In this document: in pieces, positions 1 to 12,377 of the stretch
Position numbering within the stretch: the stretch's first letter is position 1
Layout of the letters: the number at the start of each line of letters is the position of its first letter
NCBI GenBank assembly: GCA_965202585.1
Contig: OZ241828.1
Span: 32,860,001 to 32,924,000, forward strand
From: Thalia democratica
Taxonomy: Eukaryota
DNA: 64,000 bases
Direction of reading: 5' to 3'
The notes under the pieces: model-generated
The model's database searches: none
Seen by the model: the letters and a program-made list of their open reading frames with translations, nothing else
What the model was told of the DNA's origin: nothing
Translations under genes and position numbers: made by a program

Positions 1-339
1 TAAGTTAAAATTTAACGCTCAAGCAGTTGATTTGAAAACTTAGCATTTTGTTTCAACAATTATGCTCTTTAAAATTTCGATGTGTTCTGACCAGTATAAA
101 TAATTATCTATCATTACTCTAAAATACTTTATCATATTTACAACTGTTTTATCTATTTTGACTTCAAAACATATATTTTTTCATAACACTCTTGTAATTG
201 TTGAAATAGTTTAATTCTACTTTTATCTATTTGTTGAAACTGTTTAATAATATGTGAAAATATTAAACAATGTTCTTTAATTATTCTTAATTCTTAGTTA
301 TATTTAACTATTAGAACTTGAGTTATAGCGTAACCGAGC

Positions 340-453
340 GAATTTTCTTTAGCAGAGGACGGAATTTTTGTATTCACAAGTTTCAATATAAAACATAAAC
401 ATGCACTCGAGCCACCTTTTTACAAATATGGGCCACAGTTTGCCGAACCCTTG
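340..453 (-). mobile_element. Terminal fragment of hAT/Charlie-like MITE
   Basis: GGGCCACAGTTTGCCGAACCCTTG at 430-453 matches the right end of the intact element at 31774-32083 (GGGCTGCAGTTTGCCGACCCCTG). The partner end was not found and the left boundary is approximate. Confidence 0.5.
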
Positions 454-1789
454 TGTAGATCATTAAAAAAAACGTTATCTCAGTGTAGCAGAGACATTTC
501 TAGGCCTTTTAAAATAGAGAAGCACTATTTTATCTTCAGTTTAGAATGATTCTTCTTCTAACTATAAATAAAAGTTGTGTTTTAAATATATAAGCATCTA
601 CTCAACTATTAACATATATGTTAATCATAGTATTTAAATACATAATGTTAAACTATCAATGACGTTTTTTAGTCAAATATCTATAATTTTTTGGTCAATT
701 TCATAAATAGTTTCTCACTTGATAACCTTGTTAGTTTAAATAAATTGAAAAGCTGTTTAACTCATTTAATTTATCAAATGTTGTTATTATTTCATTATCT
801 AATAGCAAAAAATTAAAAAAAGACGAAATTTATTTAAAATATAAAAGAAAACGAGATAATTGAAGCTAAATGGCAATCTAAGAACATGTAGTAATGTTAC
901 TATATAGAGGTCGTCTTTGAATAGTTTTGTATAGTCTAAGGTATTTTTCAATGTAAAAGAATCAAAACTGAAAAAATAATAAAAACACACGTTATAAGTA
1001 TAACATGCTAAAAGATGTGCTTAAGTTAGCATGTATAACTTTAATAAATATGTAGTTAAAAGCAAAGTTGCCATATATATAGTTGTAAATAACGCATAAG
1101 TTAATGAAAGGTCTTCTTTACAAACAAAGTTTCAAAAGTTAAAAGTAGTTTATGACACAATGAAAAGAAAATAAAGCTTTTTATTATTAGCGCATATCAT
1201 AAAAACAAACCTTTTGTACGATAAAATAACATGTTTGCATTTTGTTTTTGCATTTGGTTTTTAAAGCATTTTTAAAACTCGTTTGTTTAACATTTATAAT
1301 TTTGGAAAGAAAGCACAAGCGAAACAAGTAAAAGTTTATGAATAAACAGCTTTTATGGTTGATAAACGACACTTTCTTTTTCTCTGTTTCGTTTGTTTTA
1401 TGGTTGCACAAACTCCAGGTAACCAGTCTAAACACGCCTCTGCAGTTAGGTACAGCTTATTGAAAACGAAGACAATAAAAATTTGTTAAATTAATAATTT
1501 CTCTAATTAAATGTTATTATATATTCTTTTTTTAAACGTTATTAAAGAAAACTTTTTTGATCGAAATATATGAGGTTATATGAAATTTTAAACGTAAAAG
1601 AATGGAACTTGACTGAAACTTAAAATAAATCTTTCTTCTAAACTTCACATGTACAAAAATAAAAGTATTAGAATTTATGCATAAAACTATTGTTCTGAAC
1701 TGACCGTATAACATATACAAAGGTTAATAACTATTTTATTTGAAATATTTATCAACTGGATTGAGTCGAATAAGAATTCATTCGAGTAA

Positions 1790-2165
1790 TAATTTACCTG
1801 GATAGGAATTGAACGTGAGGAAACTGATCGAGTTGGATTTGATTTTGGTGGGATTTGATCGGGTGGGATTTTATTCGGATGGAATTTTATTTTGGTGGGA
1901 ATTGATCGGGTGGAAATTGATCGGGTGGGAATTGATTCGGATGGGATTTGATCGGGTTGGAATTGATTCGGGTTGGAATTGATTCAGGTTGGATTTGATC
2001 GGGTCGTAATTGATTCGGGTGGGAAATGATCGGGTGGGATTTGATTCGGGTGGGAAATAATCCGGGTTGGAGTTGACCGGGTGGGAATTGATTTGGGTGG
2101 GATTTAATCGGGTTGAAATTGATTCGGGTGGGATTTGCTCCGGGTGGGAATTAAGCGGGTTGAAA
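1790..2165 (+). repeat. G-rich minisatellite, ~15-16 bp unit GGGTGGGA(A/T)TTGAT(T)C, >20 degenerate copies
   Basis: The tandem array is directly visible, e.g. 'gggtgggaattgatcgggtggaaattgatcgggtgggaattgattcgg'. Units are more degenerate toward the left end. Confidence 0.9.
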
Positions 2166-2410
2166 TCGTGTGTGTGAGAAATGTTAGTATACCATTACCC
2201 AAAGACTAAGAATTTTTGACTCATTAGATAATTATTAGTTTAACAATGTGTAAACATTTATGTAACATGTTATTTTATTGTAATTTATTATTTTATTTTT
2301 ATAATTTGTTATTTCAATTTTTAAATGTTTATGTATTGTTTTACTTAAATCCTTGTATACTTAGTTGTTTAACATCATGTTTTAGTTATTTTGCACAGAA
2401 TTTTGTTAAT

Positions 2411-2441
2411 AATGACTGATGAAAAGTCGAAACGTCGTCTG
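2411..2441 (+). ncRNA. Degenerate minimal hammerhead-ribozyme-like motif (PLE type)
   Basis: CTGATGA-aaagtc-GAAAC-GTC with palindromic ACGT, followed by AATAAA and directly upstream of a PLE coding remnant. Stems I and II pair poorly. Confidence 0.4.
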
Positions 2442-2489
2442 CGAATAAATTTTAAACTTACAAAGTGTTTCTTATAAAATTGGTATTTA

Positions 2490-2860
2490 AAAACTCCAGT
2501 ATCCCCTACTGTTTTTTGTACACAAATAAGAAAAATAAACCTAATAAGATATAAATGGCTCGTATGATTTGTTCCACTGAACTGCTTCATACTCAAACAG
2601 AAAAGATTTAAAAATTCTAATCGAAAATGGTCCAACAGAGCTGATTTAAGAGTCATAGAATCACACGATGACAACCGTAGGGAACCAAATTTGTTTGGAC
2701 CGGAGAAATTTACTGCAGTTAAACTAACATATATCAATAAATGTGAAAAGCATATAAAAAAACGAGATTAGCTAAAATCGTGCACATCGAAATTGATATA
2801 CCGCATGAATGAAACAAAAATGTATAATTATGTAACTAAATACCAAAAATTGTTACGTGC
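2490..2860 (+). mobile_element. Decayed Penelope-like element fragment (RT thumb/linker)
   Basis: Frameshifted translation from 2555: MARMICSTELLHTQTEKI*K/ILIENG-PTELI/RVIESHDDNRREPNLFGPEKFTAVKLTYINK. This matches the PLE 'RA..ICS....E...I..IL..NGYP' and 'GP.K......LPY' region from recalled family knowledge. Confidence 0.7.
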
Positions 2861-2929
2861 GAACTGCCGGTATTATGCTCCTTTTTGCGCTGTGCTCAAA
2901 ATGCGTACCTTGGTTGAAAGTATCAAAAC

Positions 2930-3180
2930 GCGGAAAGGTCGAAATTGTACGAGGGGACTAAATTGCATGAAGGGTCAATTTTGCACGATGATTTATTTAC
3001 ACGAAGACAATCTTGGGCGAAGTGTCAATTTTGCAGAAGTTACAATTTTCCTTTGAGACTAATTATTTCACGAGGTTAAATAAAAATAAAAACTATAAAA
3101 CTATAAAAAAATATTAAAAAACAAAAAAAGAAAGAAAGTTAGTGACCCGAGGTAAAGGAGTAATGGCCAAGGACAAGTAG
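2930..3180. mobile_element. Partial foldback/MITE with ~17-bp TIR modules (AAATTGCACGAAGA)
   Basis: The repeated module '(a/t)ttgca(c/t)ga' and internal 'gttagtgacccgaggtaaagg' correspond to the reverse complement of the copy at 54262-54778. Confidence 0.7.
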
Positions 3181-5575
3181 AAGTTATCTTTAGATGACTA
3201 ACAAGAATATAATTTCAAAGTATGAACATGATATAATTTAAACTTAAGGTTTAGCCCACAAATAAAGCAATATAAATAAAAGTACTCAAATATTCAGCTA
3301 GCTGTAGAATCGTTTTTCAAAGTTCATTTTTGACACTTTAAAAGATAATTATCCTAAACTAGTTTTTCAAGGCAAAAAATTGCTTTTTTGTGACGTTATT
3401 TTTGAAAAGAATACGTAAAAAATTTAAAAATTAAAAACTCAGTTGAAAAAATTAAGACCTTGGGAAAGACGCCAATACATTTTTGAAGATAACTTTTGTC
3501 TCTGTACTGGATGATTTTCCGAAACACAATTACATCGATTACTCGGCGAGTTCTACACAAATGCTTCATCGTTATAAAAAAAAAATTAACTGTCCTGGAT
3601 ATGAGTTAACTAAATCTTTGAATAAGTTTACAATATAGTTTTGAATGCATATAAGAAATTTTGACTAACAATAATAAATAAATCAGAAATTTTTATTTTA
3701 AGTAAAAGAGTGAAGAACTCTTAAAGTTTTAAAGTATGTATAACTAAATAAAGATTTATTTTACAACAATTGGATTGAAAAGTTTTTATTAAGAGTTTTT
3801 AAATATCATTAGACTATGACAAAAGTAATCACATTTTGTTTGCTGTCATTTTAAGCTAAAAAAAATCAAAAGTGAAACCTAAATATCATATAAGTACTTA
3901 CCATGAACTACAGAAAGCTATTTTATTATTAATACTAATATTGTTACATATTTGTCTTAACTAAATAAAAATATCTCAATTTACTGAAATGTAAAGATGT
4001 TATTTAAATGAAGATGATGTGCAAATTAACATTTTATTTACAACCAGGTTTCACTGACAAAAAAAGTTGCGACGTCTTAAGATAAATATAATAGTGAACT
4101 GCTTATAAAAAATAAAATAGTAAAAAGTTTTTCTTTCCATTTAATAAATTTAGCATTTTTTTTAGATAAGACTGTGTAAGTATTTGTAAGAAAAATAGCA
4201 TTTTGTAATTCATGTTTAGTGTTTATAGAACATTAAGCTTTCAGTTTTGACTTTTTGAGCTTTTATTGGCAACAAACAAAAAATGATTACTTTTATTATA
4301 GTTTAATGATATTTAGAATATTCTAATTAAAACAATTTAATCCAACTGTCATAAAATAAATTTATCTTATCGAACTGTGTATATATTTTAGAAGGTGCTT
4401 AAAAACAAAAATAAAATTACTAGTTTCTAAGTTTAAACAAAATTAATTCTAAATACCCTTTTTGAAGTAACCTCTCCGGCTCTTCTGTGAAATAATACCT
4501 AAAAAAATGAAAGAAATGTACTAAAAATTCTTTATCTAGTTTCATTTATTTAATAAAAGCGAACTATCGCATCCATTAAGTTAGTATCTGGCCAGATCTT
4601 AACCTAAAAAGGAATTTGATAGGAGGCCGGATATTGATCCGGATACTAGAACAAAGTATATCAATATTTATTGTTTAAAACATTATCATCGGTTAGGAAT
4701 GGAAAATGTAAAAATCTCAGTCAGATTCATACCTTTTCATAGTTATTTCGCTACAATGAGTACAATAAGTCTTGAATTGAACTTTCTGTGCAAAAAAAAT
4801 ATGTTTTTAGTTCTTTTATAACTGAGAGACTTCATTTCTTACAACTGTACTCAAATAAGTTTGTAAAGAAAAAATCTAATTGTTTTTATTGTGTCCAATT
4901 TAAATATTTTTGTTTATCTTTTTGGAAGACTAAATTATAAGACAACTAAAAATTTTTTATTTTGTATCCAGGGTTACCAAGCTCAAAGTTAAAACCAACT
5001 TGTAAAAAATATTGCTAGTAAATAACAAGAAACAAGTACTTGATATTTTATAAATATTTGCTTTTATTTTATATAACTTAAAACAGCTAAACTACATATC
5101 TTTTGTAATATAAATAGGCTCAAAAATCTTCATTTATATATAACATTTACATAAAATATTTCAAAAATGTTACTTAAACAGAATACTTCTGTAACATCAT
5201 CTAATGTGTACTTTATTATACAAATTTTTCAGTAATATATTTTTAATAATTATTAATGAAAATAAAAAGGAAAATGTTAATAGAAAACAATACATTTATA
5301 GAAAAAATCAAAAGTTAAAAATTCGTATAAAATATATTTTATAACTTTAATCTAAAACGTTTTATTTAAATACTAAAATAAATTTTCTGTAAAACCCTTG
5401 GTTGAAATATTCAGAATAAAATAAATTTTTAATTTGCATATAATAAGCTTTTGTTAGTCTTTAATTTTTACAACTTTCGTTCAAACATGTCTCAGCAGTT
5501 TAAAACAATGCTTAAGTTAGACATCCTATGAAGTATTTAAAACTTCAAAAAAAATATTTTTTTTAGTCGCACTAA

Positions 5576-7168
5576 CTAAAATTTAGGTGTTTTAACGCAG
5601 AAAAAGTCTCTAAGACTTTCAGTAACTTTACTTGTACAGTCTTGCCACAAATCTTCATTAACATCATAGCGATAAACGACTGTCGAGTCATTTTCAAAAC
5701 CATAAATATAATTTTCGACCTGTATGGCGCTTGTAAAATATACTTCATAAAGAAAACTATCCATGATTTTCGAACAAGGCATAAGGGCAAACCTTTTACT
5801 GGTGCTATCGTACACTTCACATGAGTGATCAATAACAAACAATTTACTTTTTACCGCAACTAAACTGTGAAACCTTCTACTTCTCACCATGCTGGGCATC
5901 TCAGACCAGTTGTTTGGTAGCACATCATACGATTCCACAGTGTCTAGTGAAACATCATTACCTATATCAATATCAAAAAGGTAAGTATAGGGATCTTCAT
6001 AATAATATCCCCCACACACTACAATGGTTTCTTCAAACACGGTGCACGCTGCTTTCACCCTTTCTGTAATCATTGAAGTGTCTATTGTCCATTGATAACT
6101 TTTCGTATCAAACCTTTTACAGGTGTTTGTTGAAACTTCACCTCGGTGTTTTTCACCTCCGAAAATGAAAACCTGATCCATAAAAGCACATGCGCAAAAG
6201 TCTTCAGTCGAATTTTCGATCATTTCAGATACTTCAGTCCAAGTGTTTGTGAATGGTGAATATTTGTCAACTGATGTTTTTAATATTAGGTTAAAATACT
6301 TGTTCGGCATACACTTATTTATACATTTTGATCTGTGGCAACTAAACACAAATATTTCTCCTTTCACATATACAGCATGAGAATAGAGACTTTCATTAAT
6401 CAATGACGGAAAAGCTTGCACTCTGTTCATGTCACACTCGTTTATCTGGGTTACATTTCTAACAGCTGCATTCGATTTCGTATTGAACCCTCCGCAAACG
6501 AGTATATTGAACTGATCTTGTGAACAATATCTGCTTGGTTGGTTCATATTCAGTTTACTATGGTCACAATTGTCTTTGTTATGTAGAAGCTGTTTTATTA
6601 CTGCAACGCATTCCACTGTTTCTAACAAACAAGATGGGTCATTCAAAAGGTATCTTAAAGTGTCTTTTGAAAGCAAGTTGAGGCGTGTTGTGAGTAAAAG
6701 ATCTTTTGAATATTGTCTGCGTTCTTCTATATCGTGTTCTATCCACTTTATAGCGAACTTATAAATTTCAAGTTCAGATGTTATAAAAAGTTCAGAACTT
6801 GAAAGTATTCTTTTTATATCAATAAAACTTATTTCTAAAAAACTTCTGTTTTCAACGAGCGCATTGAAACAACGTTCAATAAAATCATTTATCACTTTTT
6901 TAAGACTTGGTATTTGTAAAGTTTTAATCAGTTGAAAAATTGTCAGCGCGTTTAAAATATTTACTTTTTTTTCAATGATTATGCAAAGTAAATTCCTTAC
7001 ATTTTCGTCAAGAGTTCTTTTGCTTGATTTAATTATTGTAACTAGATCTTTATTTTCAAGCCTTCCATCTTTAAAAAATTTAGTGTTATTATGGATATAA
7101 GATAAGAGTTTTAATATTTTTTTTGATAAGTACTTTAAATAATTAGAGTCATGAACTTTAAAACTTTT
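5576..7168 (-). CDS. Kelch-like protein (degenerate BTB, BACK, six Kelch blades); main coding exon, upstream exon(s) needed
   Basis: ORF track gives 532 aa. BACK motif SSSELFITSELEIYKFAIKWIEHD...RLNLL. Blades NILVCGG, GEIFVF, DQVFIFGG, ETIVVCGG, SKLFVID, NYIYGF. The ORF start is TTG, and a TTGTTTTGCAG acceptor puts the exon start at 7168 in phase 0. Candidate first exon 7805-7794 (ATG CTC AGG GTG|GTAAGA). Confidence 0.9.
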   Translation of the reverse strand, partial: KSFKVHDSNYLKYLSKKILKLLSYIHNNTKFFKDGRLENKDLVTIIKSSKRTLDENVRNLLCIIIEKKVNILNALTIFQLIKTLQIPSLKKVINDFIERCFNALVENRSFLEISFIDIKRILSSSELFITSELEIYKFAIKWIEHDIEERRQYSKDLLLTTRLNLLSKDTLRYLLNDPSCLLETVECVAVIKQLLHNKDNCDHSKLNMNQPSRYCSQDQFNILVCGGFNTKSNAAVRNVTQINECDMNRVQAFPSLINESLYSHAVYVKGEIFVFSCHRSKCINKCMPNKYFNLILKTSVDKYSPFTNTWTEVSEMIENSTEDFCACAFMDQVFIFGGEKHRGEVSTNTCKRFDTKSYQWTIDTSMITERVKAACTVFEETIVVCGGYYYEDPYTYLFDIDIGNDVSLDTVESYDVLPNNWSEMPSMVRSRRFHSLVAVKSKLFVIDHSCEVYDSTSKRFALMPCSKIMDSFLYEVYFTSAIQVENYIYGFENDSTVVYRYDVNEDLWQDCTSKVTESLRDFFCVKTPKF

Positions 7169-9151
7169 CTGCAAAACAAGATATAATTTTTAATTTGAAA
7201 AGGAAAGTTGTTTTAAATAAAATTAATTATTTTTTAAAGCACTAACCAACTACAAATGATTAAAATAATTAGAAAAATTAAGTATATTCTAACAGTTTTT
7301 AATCAAAGCTTAAGTAGATAATTCAGCAAATAACTGGGACAAAATTTTATGTTAAAACGTTATTTTAACAATTTTATAAATTTTTTAGTAAACATAAATA
7401 ATAGTAACTTGTTAGTATTTGTTTTTTTTAATTGAAAAATGTCAAAATTAATGATACAAAAGCGAAGACAATAAACAATACAAGAAAACAACTAATTTTA
7501 TTTTTTTAACTGCATTTTTAGTAAGTTTAGCATATTGTTAGAAGTATTATAAGGTTTATTAGCAATCTTTAAAAAGAATACTTTATTACGTGTCAAATAA
7601 TTTATAAAACATTAGCTAGCTTATAGTAAAAAACAACTTCTGCACAATTCAATATATGTTTTGATTTGTGTCGCCTGTTCTTATTTTAGGTTATTTTGCT
7701 ATTTTTAGATTATGAACTGAGCTAAATCTTATCATTAAAATTAATATCCCAAAAATTAAAGAAAAATTCAAATATATAAGTAACCGATCTTACCACCCTG
7801 AGCATGTCTTAATACAATAATCTACAACAATTAAAGCAATTAAAAAATAAATAAAAATGTATCAGTTAAGGAAAATAATTTAACCGTCAATAAAAATACA
7901 GTTACCAATAAGCTCTCGAATCCGCCTATTACAAATATGATTAAGTTTACTAGAAAAACCTAGAAAAATAAAAACTATTTTTACAATTAGCCTTTTTACT
8001 TAAATATAGCCACTTAAATTGGCATAAAAACTTTAACTTTATTCGACAAATATTTAAAATATCTTATAGTTTCAAAGCAAATTTTACCAAACACAATAAC
8101 AAAAACTTAACAGTAAAAAATATTGTAACTCTAGATCGAAATAAATTTTTTTAAGACAATATTTACTTAGAATGCAGTCCGACTTACCGAGCTTTAATAA
8201 GATATATAATCTAAGATATTAATACGCGGTTTCACAGCTAATATAACAATTAAAAGTAGTTCAGTAATCATAAAGCAAGTTTTAACAATAAACTCTAAAG
8301 GATAAACTTTTAAATTACACATGTTAATTTATAACCGAAATAAAGACTATAATTAAAAATGGTAATACTATGCAAAACGTAAACAATACAAAAGTTATAT
8401 TAAAATATGTAATTAATGAAGCTTTGATCTTTCTAAGAACCTTGAAAAATTAGAAAGTAAAAAATTTAAATGACAATTTGTAATCAAAAGAACGGTAAAA
8501 AAAAGCAAAAAATTAGATATTGTCTATATTTAAACAGTTGCTATGTGGATTTGTTATTTTTTTTTATTTTTGGAATTTGAAAGTTTAGACAAGAATTTGC
8601 AACTTTTGTAATTTTCTTTAATTTAGTTTTTTTCAAAAGTGGTTTAAAAAAAAACCTTGGTATGCCTTTGTAATATCTAAACAAATAAAAGTTTAGTCTT
8701 TTTATTATAGCAAAAGTTGAGTATGTAAACCAGGGACGTAGCTTGGTAGGTTTTTGCAAATCTACAGAAACGTATACTCATGTGCGAAAAAAACTTGCTT
8801 TTATTTCAGCTTGAAAAGACTCTGCCGTTTAGCTTTTAGTATTCATTTATGTTTAATTATGCACTCCTGAGAAATAATTTACCATTTTTAGTGTCATAAA
8901 AAAACGAACGAATTAAATACATTCAAACTGTAACATTTAGGGCGTTAAAGCTTTATTTTGTCAAAAAGCTGCAATGCAAAATTGATTCTAAAGGAAGCTG
9001 TAGCTTTAAAGATTAAAGTCATGCAATTTTATGTTACAAAAATTTGCATAACTTGTTGTTACTATTGACTACGTTAAATGTTTGATTTTCAAAACAGTAT
9101 AAGTGTTTTTGAGTTAAATTGTGATTTTTTATACTTATTTTTAATGAAAGA

Positions 9152-10514
9152 TAGGACTTTTTAATTTTTATGGGTAGTTTAAAGTATTGGGTACTTGTAA
9201 TTTCCTCAACTTTGCATAAAAAATATTGCAATCTATTATTTTGATGATGTCATTAACTTTACTTTGGGTGGTTTTAGAGAATTAATTTTGTAAAAAAAAA
9301 ATTGCTCTCTAGGCCTATGATACATATTTGTTTATTTTTATAAATATAAGAATAATTATATCTGAAATAAAACAATACTAAACATTTAACTATGTTAACA
9401 AAATTAAGGATATATAATTTCTCACCTTGATATTTTTTTTCAAGTTACAATTTTAAATTCAACCACAAATTAAGCTATTGAATTTTTAAATTTTCATTTT
9501 ATAGATTATTGATGACTTTAAGTTATCATATTTTATCAAAATTTCAATATTTCACATGTAGAAGTAGTTTAAAAATTCAGATTTTTTGATGATGTTTTTT
9601 AAACACCAGATTTTTTCAAATTTTTTAATTTCAAAAATTCAAGGATTTTCCAGTTTTTGTTTAAACTTTCAAGTTCTTTGATTACAGGTGTTTTGGCAAC
9701 CGTGCTCAAATTTTAAGGAAAAATTCATTTCAATATTTTAAAAACAGTAAAAAAAGACAATTAAAACTTACTGTACTCTCCTATTTTAATGTTACATATA
9801 AAAAATTTGTTTTGGTATAAAAAATCTATATAAAGATATTTGTAGTTTAGATTAAATTTCATAAAATGACATCAACTTGTAATAAAAGTGATCTACACCC
9901 TTCCAGTACCCAAGGTTTCTCCTAATGTTTTTTTAAAACTTCTAAAAAATTTAATATATTTTTTAAATTCAAGTCTTATTTACTTTTCTAGACAAAATAA
10001 GTGATCAGAATTTCAAGTCATTCTAGGATTTTATATAACATTCCAAGATTCCCATAAACATTAAGGTTTGATGGCCACCCTGTTAACTTTATTTCAATCT
10101 ATAAAAAGGTAGCTTTTATTGAAGTACATAACTCATGTATAACTAATTCAAATTTTTTTGTGAATGAAATTCATCAACAAACAATAAAAAAAAAGTTTTA
10201 AAATCATTTTTTAATTTGTGTTTGAATTTAAAATTGTAACTTACACAAAAATATTTCTTTAATTTTGTTAACATAGGGAAATGTTTAGTATTATTCTAAT
10301 GTTTTATTTCTGATATTATTATTTTCATACTTTAAAAAATTAAAAAAGTGAATTCGTCATAGGCTTAGACAACAATTTAATTTTTTTACAAGTTTAAGCT
10401 TAAAAACTACCCAAAGTAAACTTAATGAAGTCATCAAAATATATGGTACTTGTTTTTGCAAGTTTGCTGCAATTGAAAGTACCCAATATTTAAAACTACC
10501 TATAAAAATTCCTA
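9152..10514. mobile_element. Nested foldback element with ~165-bp inverted arms
   Basis: 9152-9320 is the reverse complement of about 10345-10514 (e.g. 'tattgggtact', 'tttgatga', 'tttactttgggt', 'gcctatga'). Confidence 0.7.
9400..10082. mobile_element. Two degenerate CAGGGTTGCCA-type MITE remnants
   Basis: Right ends TGGCAACCGTG (ends 9704) and TGGCCACCCTG (ends 10082), with ttcca(g)-type subterminal repeats. Left ends are eroded. Confidence 0.5.
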
Positions 10515-12021
10515 CCGTTTAATGAATGTTTTCTTGGTTTAAACAAGTGGCAAGACATAAAGAGTCATAGGGGGTGTGGAGCAGATTAAATTGCCTTGTA
10601 TACAGTTATCACTCGTACCTCAACATTCAATTTTTAATGTATTAATATAACTGTATTTTTTCAGATTAAATTCAATAACATTAGAGGTAGTTTAAATTGC
10701 TATTTTGCTTGGACGTTATTACGAGTTATTTCAGATGTTTTAATTTTTGCAGATTCGTTATTTTTTTGAGCTAGCTACGTCCCTGGTGTAAATTTATGGT
10801 TAAAATGCAAGTTAGAATTTACATATGACAAACGTTTTATAAGTTTGATAATCGCCGTCTTCTTATTTTAAGGTCTTGCGAAACAAGTTTAATCATAAGA
10901 ACAACAAATGCTTAACCAATTTATAAAACTTGTTGTTTTTTATAATTCATCAGCAATAATTCTGAAGTATTATCTAAAACTTTATTGTTTTAAAGTTTTA
11001 ATATTTTATTAAAGTTAGTGTTGTATTCAATACGTTTATAAGTAATATGTCTACTAATTTTAAAAACTGAAGTTTATAAAACTGTCAACTTGCCTGAATT
11101 AAGAAATTGGATGGTATTATCTTCAAATTGCTTTGCAGAGTTTGCTTTACAAAACTTCAAAATTTTAAGTTTTTTAAGATTGGGATCATTTTGATCAACA
11201 TCTCTTAAAGTCATCTTGTGAAAGATTTTATTGATGTTTTGGTTTCCTTCTTTTGAGATTTCATTCATATCTTTATTCTATTTTAAGTTTGCTAAAAATG
11301 TATAAACAGTGACAGAAAACAAAAATATAAAAGAAGATTTTAGGAAAATACTTAAAAACAGAAGAATTAATAAGCAACAAAAAAAAGCTCATAAAAAAAC
11401 TTATAATTTTCAAGTAGAATACTTATAAAAGTTGCTATTTGACTTTATTTTATAGCATTTGTATTTATTTACTTGATACCTATCTTTTTGGCTACAAAAG
11501 AAAAACTGTTACTCTGCATGGACATTTTGTTTAGTCGTTCGGAAAACTCAATAATATTGAAATATTAAAAAAACCTTTTTTTAGGTTGTATAACACATTT
11601 CTATTTATACTATTGAAATATTTTACTAATTACACTTATTTAAACCTATTCATTAAAACTAAACTCATTTGTTTAAACAGAAAAATTTATTTACAATAAA
11701 ACAAGAAAACAAATTCTTTTTTTTTCACCTAGTGTTAATCTAAAACTTAGGATAAAGTATTAGGGTTAAAGAATTTAGAACTTCTTAAAACTATTACAAC
11801 TCAAAGTTTTTCATGTCTGACATATATATATATATAATTTTGAGTTTTTAAGTAATCACATATTTTTGCTATTCTACTAAAGGAAATTAGTATAATAAAC
11901 AGTTAAAACTAAATTTAATATATTTTAAATCAAAATACAATATTTATAAAAAACACAAAATTTTCTTTTACTAAGAAACGTTATATTAATAGCTAAAATA
12001 TTAGTTATATTTTAATCAGCC

Positions 12022-12269
12022 CAGAGTTGCCACACTTAAAGTTAAAGCTAATATTAATTACTAAAATCAAGCCTGAGATACATTAAGGTAGCCAGTGAAT
12101 ATGGTAAAAAATACTTAATCAAACTTAACAACTTTAAAACACCAACAAATTAACATATTAACTTGAAGAAAAATTAAAACATTTGAAGATCAAAAACTAC
12201 TATGACGTTTATAAAAGTAAGTATGATTTTAAGCCAAAATTATCAAAGTTCAGGTCTTTGACAACCCTG
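12022..12269. mobile_element. CAGGGTTGCCA-type MITE (degenerate)
   Basis: Ends CAGAGTTGCCAC and TGACAACCCTG. No clear TSD. Confidence 0.55.
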
Positions 12270-12377
12270 TAACTAAAATCTGATCTAGTAATAACAAATA
12301 AAGAGTTTATTTTAGATTTAGTTGCCATGGATCATCTAGTGCATTTAAAATATTGTTAATATCTTCAAAGTTTAGAT

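Larger units (their letters stand above)
8731..10785. mobile_element. Non-autonomous hAT-like element (2.05 kb)
   Basis: Perfect 13-bp TIRs CAGGGACGTAGCT / AGCTACGTCCCTG. The 8-bp flanks ATGTAAAC / GTGTAAAT match at 6/8. Confidence 0.75.

Noticed and set aside
2375-3056. ORFs 2375-2737 (-) and 2793-3056 (+)
   Set aside because: The first is the antisense shadow of a PLE remnant. The second is a chimera of PLE remnant and MITE TIR modules.
4590-4790. Two exon-like segments on the minus strand (KVQFKTYCTHCSEITMK / SIRINIRPP)
   Set aside because: The splice sites are plausible, but there is no recognisable product and no further exons could be linked.
11074-11277. 64-aa minus-strand ORF as an upstream exon of the Kelch gene
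   Set aside because: It would need a GC donor in phase 1, which is incompatible with the phase-0 acceptor at 7168. It is also not clearly BTB-like.
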